Assembly (NCBI GenBank): GCA_026023565.1
Contig: JAPETS010000011.1
Span: 682,001 to 746,000 of the forward strand
DNA from: Cirrosporium novae-zelandiae
Taxonomy: Eukaryota
Direction: 5' to 3'
DNA length: 64,000 bases
Part shown: one piece after another, positions 63,439 through 64,000 of the stretch
How positions within the stretch are numbered: the first letter of the stretch is position 1
How the letters are laid out: the number at the start of each line of letters is the position of its first letter
Position numbers and translations under genes: made by a program
The notes under the pieces: model-generated
What the model saw: only the letters and a program-made list of their open reading frames with translations
What the model was told of the DNA's origin: nothing
Database searches by the model: none

Positions 63439-64000
63439 ATGATGATTGTATATCTAATCTCTCTCCCTCTTTTCATGACATTTGTTTTTGCTGCTACCGC
63501 AAAACAATGGCGTTCACGTTCGATATACCAAGTTGTTACTGATCGATATGCACTCACCAGTGGCTCGACGAGCAAACCATGTGATCCAGCATTGGGAATA
63601 TATTGCGGTGGTACTTGGAAGGGCCTTACAAAAAAGTTGGACTATATCAAGAACATGGGATTCGATGCCGTATGGATTTCGCCTGTAACCGCGCAAATAA
63701 AAGGAACGTCATTGGATTTAGAGTCATACCATGGTTATTGGCAGAATAACATCTACAAATTGAACGCCCATTTTGGTACTGCAGCTGATTTAAAGGCCTT
63801 GTCGAAAGCCTTACATACTCGTGGCATGTATCTTATGGTCGACGTTGTCGTCGGTGATTTGGCTTATAAAGGAGCTCAAATCGATGTCAATTATGCCACA
63901 CTCCACCCCTTCAACAAAAAGGAATATTACCATGAGCCTCCTTGTTTTGTGGATTGGGATGGAAATCTCACAAATATGTACGACTGCTGGCTTGGTGATA
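63439..64000 (+). CDS. Secreted GH13 alpha-amylase/glucanotransferase (AmyD/AgtA-like by context; 3'-partial)
   Basis: Signal peptide MMIVYLISLPLFMTFVFA; WRSRSIYQVVTDRYA, YCGGTWKGL..KLDYIKNMGFDAVWISPV, SYHGYW, FGTAADLKALS..LHTRGMYLMVDVV, DCWLGD. Confidence 0.92.
   Translation, partial: MMIVYLISLPLFMTFVFAATAKQWRSRSIYQVVTDRYALTSGSTSKPCDPALGIYCGGTWKGLTKKLDYIKNMGFDAVWISPVTAQIKGTSLDLESYHGYWQNNIYKLNAHFGTAADLKALSKALHTRGMYLMVDVVVGDLAYKGAQIDVNYATLHPFNKKEYYHEPPCFVDWDGNLTNMYDCWLGD

Noticed and set aside
1..64000. CRISPR arrays, rRNA or intact transposons
   Set aside because: Eukaryotic DNA; no repeat-spacer array, rRNA, transposase, reverse transcriptase or tyrosine recombinase was recognised.

Overview
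Intron-rich filamentous ascomycete (Pezizomycotina) chromosomal DNA. The left ~12.5 kb looks accessory: an OTT_1508-type deaminase-MYND fusion, a small Cys-rich gene, a Zn2Cys6 transcription factor and a HET-domain gene, plus SF3B5. A housekeeping block follows: TAD1, VAM7, NNT1/EFM7, U1 snRNA, EFM4, PP2A-A, FRS1, RPS3, YMR1, glycogenin and an EXPERA protein. There are three pseudogenes (APH-like kinase, PDR ABC transporter, methyltransferase) and a divergent alpha-1,3-glucan synthase / GH13 amylase pair at the right end. The ORF track misses a clear U1 snRNA (20765-20915, minus strand). The most interesting signal is the 3.4-kb VAM7-NNT1 gap, which has no credible CDS and is packed with helices. 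It carries Sm-like and AUAAGU-like 3'-end signals and sits where I recall telomerase RNA lying in Aspergilli. It has no canonical UAACCCUAA template, so if it is TER the telomere repeat and possibly the 3'-end processing are non-standard. Strand and ends of this RNA could not be settled by eye.
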